Assembly: GCA_031260015.1 (NCBI GenBank)
Contig: JAIRKR010000010.1
Span: 1-48,719 of the forward strand
Direction of reading: 5' to 3'
Origin: Puniceicoccales bacterium
GTDB lineage: Bacteria; Verrucomicrobiota; Verrucomicrobiia; Opitutales; UBA9783
DNA: 48,719 nt
A program made the position numbers and the translations under genes. Positions 48,071-48,719 of the stretch are shown here, one piece after another (positions within the stretch are counted from its first letter, which is position 1; each line of letters opens with the position of its first letter). The notes below the pieces were generated by a model. It searched no databases and had not been told where the DNA came from. It saw only the letters and a program-made list of their open reading frames with translations.

Positions 48071-48719
48071 CTATCGTGGTTGCCATTCCATGAAATCGGG
48101 TTTTGGTTTGCCATCCAGGCCAAACCAATCCTGACCATCAAAGAAATAATCGAAATATGTGGTGTGCGAACTATTTTCCCAAGCGTAGCGTAGATTGAAC
48201 ATAGCATAAGCAAAGTGACCGTTTCTAAGTTGAATGACTGTTTCAGTTGCTCGCCCTCTTAGTATAAAGTAACGGCGATTTGGACTCGTGTCAGTGTGCA
48301 CTGGTTGATGGTAAACAGGGTTACCATCGGCAAGTTGACCTATAGGTTGTAATGGTGTGCCATAGGCATCATAAGCATGCCCTTGCCCATCGTGAATTCT
48401 TCCCTGATCATAATAGAAGAATTGACCTCTAATATTTACAACTACTCTGCGATCTTCAGTTCTAAAATCTACACCATCTTGATGAACAGGAATACCATCA
48501 GAAGTAAATCCTACTCGGGGATAAGCAGTAGGATTTTGATTTGGAATCGGAACACCACCGAACCCGTTTCCGAAAACAAAGGGGCCTGCAGGATGATCAG
48601 GTGCTGGGTGACGTTGGCAACGTTGTTCCAGCTTTTGCATCACCGCCTCTACATCTCCAAGTGTTATATTCTGTTCCCAGCCATCATCCCTAGAGCCATC
48701 CTGCGTCCTTCCCGTTACG
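48071..48719 (-). CDS. Hypothetical protein, partial (5' end lies beyond the window). Paralog of the 176..703 frame.
   Basis: The frame stays open from Met 48643 to the window edge: 25 further codons, VTGRTQDGSRDDGWEQNITLGDVEAV. Shares motifs with the first ORF. Confidence 0.7.
   Translation of the reverse strand, partial: VTGRTQDGSRDDGWEQNITLGDVEAVMQKLEQRCQRHPAPDHPAGPFVFGNGFGGVPIPNQNPTAYPRVGFTSDGIPVHQDGVDFRTEDRRVVVNIRGQFFYYDQGRIHDGQGHAYDAYGTPLQPIGQLADGNPVYHQPVHTDTSPNRRYFILRGRATETVIQLRNGHFAYAMFNLRYAWENSSHTTYFDYFFDGQDWFGLDGKPKPDFMEWQPR

Overview
This 48.7 kb window looks like the chromosome of a host-associated PVC-superphylum bacterium (Chlamydiae- or Verrucomicrobia-like). That lineage call is an inference from gene content: a CesT-type type III secretion chaperone next to glgX, prepilin-type pseudopilins, ankyrin and LRR proteins, and a MoxR/Bat operon.

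Most of the window is tightly packed housekeeping genes: prmC, rpmB, dnaE, a ymdB-like phosphoesterase, accA, glmM, an SNF2 helicase, an alanine:cation symporter, an RlmD-like methyltransferase, a glucosaminidase, lspA, an M24 peptidase, dapF, a CPA2 antiporter and mreBCD. There is also an 8-gene translationally coupled MoxR-DUF58-BatABCDE operon (27.7-35.7 kb) and five tRNA genes, all encoding their 3' CCA. I found no rRNA, CRISPR array, transposase or integrase.

The non-routine parts are:
1. A tRNA-bounded accessory/decay zone (8.5-15.3 kb). It holds a 3'-truncated MBL hydrolase, a low-GC three-gene ankyrin/LRR/small-secreted-protein cassette, a duplicated 5' fragment of the alcohol dehydrogenase gene bracketing a flavodoxin gene, and a probable gene remnant.
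2. A chaperone-glgX pair that is coupled, with glgX lacking any ATG start.
3. Divergent paralogs of an uncharacterised secreted-protein family in inverted orientation at the two window ends. Each has the same conserved terminator module. The left copy is split by one in-frame TGA.
4. A ~0.9 kb ORF-free tract (47.07-47.99 kb) whose core is GC-enriched and hairpin-dense. I could not assign it to any known RNA family.

Functional calls come from motif recognition in the supplied translations. No database search was run.
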